64,000 nucleotides of DNA from Alphaproteobacteria bacterium. Its GTDB lineage: Bacteria; Pseudomonadota; Alphaproteobacteria; Bin95. Of the stretch, positions 60,601 through 64,000 are shown one piece after another. The position numbers and the translations under genes were made by a program. The notes beneath the pieces were generated by a model. It ran no database searches. It was not told where the DNA came from and was given only the letters and a program-made list of their open reading frames with translations. Where the stretch lies: the NCBI GenBank assembly GCA_964291285.2, contig OZ219788.1:732973-796972 (forward strand). The letters run 5' to 3'. How positions within the stretch are numbered: the first letter of the stretch is position 1; the number at the start of each line of letters is the position of its first letter.

Positions 60601-60834
60601 GACCGGGCGCACCGGCTGATGCAGCTCTGGCGCGCGGGCGACGAGGCGAAGGTGAACGCCTATATCGACGACAGCGGCCTCGCGCGCCACGCCCTGTTCG
60701 CGCGGCTGCTGCAGGCGCTGATCGAACTGGCGCCAGCCGGCTCGGAGGAACGCGCGATCCTCGAATCCCTCTCCAACCACCTCGCCACCCGCGCCGGCCT
60801 CGCCGCCCCGCGCCAGGCAAGGCTGGAAGTCTAA
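57613..60834 (+). CDS. DUF1156 adenine-specific DNA methyltransferase with Zn ribbon
   Basis: RLIEVDFPL, LHIWPARRPLAACRA, DPFAGGG (SAM-binding motif), TDPPYYD (catalytic motif), CKGC and CPCC. Confidence 0.93.
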   Translation: MTAERDTRLIEVDFPLERVSIDSVHEKNVRHGHISTLHIWPARRPLAACRAALVATLLPDPGDAAARQALYSRLAGEVIETVKAERRGGRALDQHRRETSGGLLHWGREDGPDLQWFRERIRQAHGGRAPRVLDPFAGGGAIPLEAMRLGCEATAIDINPVAWFILKCTLDYPYRLAGEALPLPDFARADSDFMAAFLKARGFKGKALARQLAALGLGEDAGDAEPGLLDDAPETGGDLLQADLAWQLRAWGRYVLARVRAALAERYPTYAEFQALVPGGKSCEERPLALLAPDERGETDAGPLNDRFDGAHLEDPRNPRWVPKPTVAYLWARTVRCKGCRATLPLLKTRWLCKKDNKRILLTMASNADGTGVDFGVETDVPRAGGNAAQQREHDKRLGAGTMSRSGARCPCCPTIMTMEDIRLEGRAGRLGAIMTAVVVDGPKGKEYRLPQDEELRAAEVSADELEALYADIPFGLPMELTPRQGRGAARAFSVENYGLDRWGKLFTDRQLLALGSVLREMRRCADAMADLPPEWREAILACLAPSLGRLADRGSALATWTNDPEKIRSTFARFALPVVWDFAESCPLADTTGGFVQAVEWIARVVEHLQDATNGAPSVTVLRQSALASVPGGFDAIVTDPPYYDAIPYSDLMDFFHVWLRRALHGVVPDAEPAFADPLGPKWNAAGSDGELIDDASRFGGDRAASKQAYEDGMARAFQACHEALKPEGRLVVVFANKSPDAWETLVAALIRAGFVVTGSWPIQTEMQTRQRSLSSAALASSVWLVCRKRPPARPGWDSAVLAEMRENIVRRLRGFWDAGIRGPDFVWAATGPALEAFSRHPAVKKADAPGETMAVSEFLREVRRMVVDFVVGRVLTGDGDPEAVRGLDDVTTYYLLHRGDFGLGEAPAGACILYALSCNLSDRDLSDRFAILSRPGRVQSDESDDDGTGEEDEDGGGAAGAGGGGGKAKLLPWNRRKARGLGLEGPGGRPAPLIDRAHRLMQLWRAGDEAKVNAYIDDSGLARHALFARLLQALIELAPAGSEERAILESLSNHLATRAGLAAPRQARLEV

Positions 60835-60835
60835 C

Positions 60836-63562
60836 ATGCGCACCAGCGGCGAGAGACAACGCAAGACGAAGGCGGCGACCAGTCCGACAATTGCAGGATC
60901 CGAGCCATTGGAAGCCGCCCGGCTGCTGCCGAACGGCGCGCGCTTCTACCGCTGCGCCCTGCAGGTCAATCCGTTCGCCTATCTCGAGCGCCACGGCAAA
61001 TCGACCAACTTCCGTTCGGAGGCGGACTACAATGCGGCGATCGTCCGGGCTTGTTGCAAGGCCGGTATCGAAGTCGTGGCGGTCACCGACCACTACCGCG
61101 TCGAGACGTCCCGGGCGCTCTTGCGGGCCTGCCGCGAGGCCGGCCTTTTCGCGTTCACCGGCTTCGAGGCGGTTACGAAGGACGGCGTCCATTTCCTTTG
61201 CATTTTCGACCCGGAGCAGGAAGCAAGGCTGGAAAGAGTGATCGGGGACTGCGGCGTCCACGATTCGAGCGCAGCTTCTCCCGTGGGAAGCCTCGACTCT
61301 CTTGAATTACTGGCGAAGGCGCGTGAGTGGGGCGCGGTCGCCATCGCCGCGCATGTGGCTTCCAATGGCGGATTGCTGAAAACCCTCAGCGGGCAGCCCC
61401 GGATCAATGCCTGGACCTCGCCGGATCTGCTTGCCTGCGCGCTGCCGGGAGCGACCGTGAAGGCGCCGGATGGGATCCGACGAATCCTTGAGAACAAGGA
61501 TCCCCAGCACCGGCGCACCCGCGCGGTAGCGGTTGTCAACGCCTCGGATGTCAACGACCCGGCGGATCTGGAGAAAGACAGCGCATCCTGCTTCATCAAG
61601 ATGTCGAAAGTCTCGGTCGAGGCATTCCGCCAGGCGTTCCTCGATTCGTGGTCGCGAATCCGGTTGCACAGCGACCCACCGTCTGAACCCCATGCCGAAC
61701 TGGTCGCCGCAGCGTGGGAAGGCGGGTTTCTGGACGGCGTGTCCGTTCGCTTCAACGGCAATCTCAACACGTTGATCGGCGGCCGCGGCACCGGCAAGTC
61801 CACGGTGATCGAGAGCATACGCTACGCGCTCGGCCTCGACCCCCTGGGGGACGAGGCGCGCAAGATGCATGAAGAGACGGTCAGGCATGTCCTGAAACCG
61901 GGAACGAAGGTCTCGCTTCTGGTCCGCTCGCATCACCCGTCCGAAGCGCATTATGCAATCGAGCGCACCGTGCCCAATCCGCCGGTCGTCAGGGACGATG
62001 CGGGCAACCTGCTGGCCATGGCGCCGAGAGAGCTGATGCCGGGCGCGCAGGTGTTCGGCCAGCACGAAATCTCCGAACTGACAGGGAGCCCGGAAAGACT
62101 GACAAGCTTTATCGAGCGCCGTGCGGGACGCGATGCATCGCTCTCGGCCCACAAGGCGGAAATGAGGTTGGTGCTCGAGAAATCGCGCCTGCGTATCGTG
62201 GAAACCTGGCGGGAAATCGAGGAATTGATGGCCCGGCTTGACGCCCTGCCCGGCCTGGAAGAGACACAGAAGCGCTTTCGCGAAGCGGGGCTGGAAGAGC
62301 GGTTCAGGGAGCGAAGCCTCCTCGTCAGGGAGGAGCGGCTGTTCTCGATTCTGGACGAACGGCTCGAACCCTTTCGGGCGTTGCTCAGGGCGTTGGGGGA
62401 GGATCTTCCCATCGACGCCGCATTCGTTTCCGCCAGGGCGCTGGCCTCTCTGCCGAACGCGGATATCTTGCGCGAGACGGGCGATGTCCTGCAAACCCTG
62501 GGCGCACGGCTCGACGAGGCCCGCGCCGGGTTCGCCGCTGCCCTGACCGAGGCCGATGCGGCGATTACAGATATCCGGGAACGCTGGGACGAGCGGCGCG
62601 GCGCTATCGAAAGCGCGTATGAAAAACTGCTGCGCGATCACCAGAAATCCGGCATCGACGGCGCGGAATTCATCGAGCTGCGCAAGCAGCTCGAATATCT
62701 GCGCCCGCTGAAGGACCGGCTGGAACATCTCCGCAAGGATATGGAGATGCACGAAGCGCACCGCCGCGATCTGGTTTCGGAATGGGAGGATATCAAGGCA
62801 CGGGAATATCGTGCGCTGGCGAAGGCGGCGAAGGAGATAAACGGCAAGCTCCGCCAGCAGGTCAAGGTCGAAGTCAGAATGGCGGGCGACCGCGAACCTC
62901 TGGAAAATCTGCTTCGGACGGTCGTCGGGGGAAACCTTGCGGCCGCGCTTGAGCGCCTGCACAAGTCCGACCCGTTATCGCTGCCCGGGCTTTCGCAATG
63001 CTGCCGGGAAGGCAAGGACTCCCTGATCTCGACTTACGACCTCCCGCCGGGCGCTGCGGAACGGATCGCCGACGCCGGCCGGGACCTGCACATGAAAATC
63101 GAGGAGCTCGAACTACCCGCGACAACCCATATCGAATTGAACACGGCTCCCAAGGGCGAACCGGAGGCATGGCGCCCGCTGGAAGCGCTCTCCAAGGGGC
63201 AGAAGGCGACGGCGGTCCTGCTGCTTCTGCTGCTCGACGCCGAGGCGCCTCTGGTGATCGACCAGCCTGAAGACGATCTCGACAACAGGTTCATCACCGA
63301 GAGGATCGTTCCGATCGTGCGGCGCGAGAAGCGGCGGCGGCAGTTCGTTTTCTCGACGCATAACGCCAACATTCCCGTCCTCGGCGACGCCGAACTGATC
63401 CTCGGCCTCGCCGCGTCCGGCGAGGCCGGCGGCGGTCAAGCGAATATCGCGCCCGAGCATATGGGATCCATCGACTCGGAAGCTGTCCGTGAACTGGTCG
63501 AGGAGACGCTGGAAGGCGGCAGGAACGCCTTCGAGATGCGCCGCTCGAAATACGGGTTCTGA
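60836..63562 (+). CDS. PHP-domain / ABC-SMC-type ATPase fusion (TrlF/Ppl-like)
   Basis: N-terminal GARFYRCALQVN, VTDH, GVH, AAHV, ASD; GGRGTGKS, coiled coil, LSKGQ, IDQPEDDLD, STHN. Confidence 0.88.
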   Translation: MRTSGERQRKTKAATSPTIAGSEPLEAARLLPNGARFYRCALQVNPFAYLERHGKSTNFRSEADYNAAIVRACCKAGIEVVAVTDHYRVETSRALLRACREAGLFAFTGFEAVTKDGVHFLCIFDPEQEARLERVIGDCGVHDSSAASPVGSLDSLELLAKAREWGAVAIAAHVASNGGLLKTLSGQPRINAWTSPDLLACALPGATVKAPDGIRRILENKDPQHRRTRAVAVVNASDVNDPADLEKDSASCFIKMSKVSVEAFRQAFLDSWSRIRLHSDPPSEPHAELVAAAWEGGFLDGVSVRFNGNLNTLIGGRGTGKSTVIESIRYALGLDPLGDEARKMHEETVRHVLKPGTKVSLLVRSHHPSEAHYAIERTVPNPPVVRDDAGNLLAMAPRELMPGAQVFGQHEISELTGSPERLTSFIERRAGRDASLSAHKAEMRLVLEKSRLRIVETWREIEELMARLDALPGLEETQKRFREAGLEERFRERSLLVREERLFSILDERLEPFRALLRALGEDLPIDAAFVSARALASLPNADILRETGDVLQTLGARLDEARAGFAAALTEADAAITDIRERWDERRGAIESAYEKLLRDHQKSGIDGAEFIELRKQLEYLRPLKDRLEHLRKDMEMHEAHRRDLVSEWEDIKAREYRALAKAAKEINGKLRQQVKVEVRMAGDREPLENLLRTVVGGNLAAALERLHKSDPLSLPGLSQCCREGKDSLISTYDLPPGAAERIADAGRDLHMKIEELELPATTHIELNTAPKGEPEAWRPLEALSKGQKATAVLLLLLLDAEAPLVIDQPEDDLDNRFITERIVPIVRREKRRRQFVFSTHNANIPVLGDAELILGLAASGEAGGGQANIAPEHMGSIDSEAVRELVEETLEGGRNAFEMRRSKYGF

Positions 63563-63564
63563 GC

Positions 63565-64000
63565 ATGACGACACGGACAGAGCTTCTGGAGATCATTGCG
63601 AACGGCGAGAATTCCGGCGTCGAGTTCAAGCGCGACGATGTACGAAACCACGATCTCGCCAGGGAACTGGTCGCATTCTCCAACCTCGAAGGCGGCATGG
63701 TCCTGCTCGGTGTGGACGATGACGGGTCCGTCGTCGGGCTGACGCGGGACCGTCTGGAGGAATGGGTGATGACTGCGTGCCGGGACAAGATCAGGCCGGG
63801 CATTATCCCGTTCTTCGAGACAGTCAGGGAGGTGCGCCCCGGCGCTGACGTGGCGATCGTGCGGGCGCCACGCGGTGTCGATGTGCACAGCCAGTGGCAC
63901 AACAACAGAAACGCCTATTTCATCCGGGTCGGTACGCAGAGCCGGGAGCCGACGCCCCAGGAATTGAGCCGGCTCTTCCAGCAGCGAGGCGCCTTCCGCG
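63565..64000 (+). CDS. Schlafen/AlbA_2-domain ATP-binding protein (3' truncated by window edge)
   Basis: MTTRTELLEIIANGENSGVEFKRD...ELVAFSNLEGGMVLLGVDDDG...YFIRVGTQSR; not in the supplied ORF track because there is no stop in the window. Confidence 0.85.
   Translation, partial: MTTRTELLEIIANGENSGVEFKRDDVRNHDLARELVAFSNLEGGMVLLGVDDDGSVVGLTRDRLEEWVMTACRDKIRPGIIPFFETVREVRPGADVAIVRAPRGVDVHSQWHNNRNAYFIRVGTQSREPTPQELSRLFQQRGAFR

Noticed and set aside
52303-60834. DISARM or BREX call
   Set aside because: No DrmA/DrmB or PglZ/BrxC seen in the window; the methylase is DUF1156 type

Overview
High-GC alphaproteobacterial chromosome segment (assignment inferred from gene order and repeat types). Most of 1-48.3 kb is housekeeping or metabolic: mgtE, tRNA-Leu(TAA), hppA, aroK-aroB-corC, xerD-accA, glcB, glnE, bcp, a YhdP-like gene, several MFS transporters and CoA/redox enzymes. 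Four accessory regions interrupt it. (1) An unexplained ~0.8 kb non-coding element with phased TGTCATG repeats upstream of hppA. (2) A REP-bounded mini-island with two putative nucleases and an orphan IS630-type HTH gene behind a LexA-like box (26.6-30.4 kb). (3) A complete 2,490-bp ISAs1-family element (32304-34793, 10-bp target duplication) whose transposase carries an N-terminal DUF4338/DruA-like domain, followed by a 615-bp non-coding tail with a perfect 206-bp tandem duplication. (4) A defence island from 48.6 kb to the window end: DUF3883 nuclease, orphan Xre/MbcA antitoxin, IS5-disrupted OLD-type nuclease, and a tightly coupled operon HTH-SNF2-DUF3883 / UvrD / 24-aa peptide / DUF1156 adenine methylase / PHP-ABC ATPase (Ppl-like) / Schlafen-AlbA protein. 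All family calls come from motif recognition by eye; no database searches were run.
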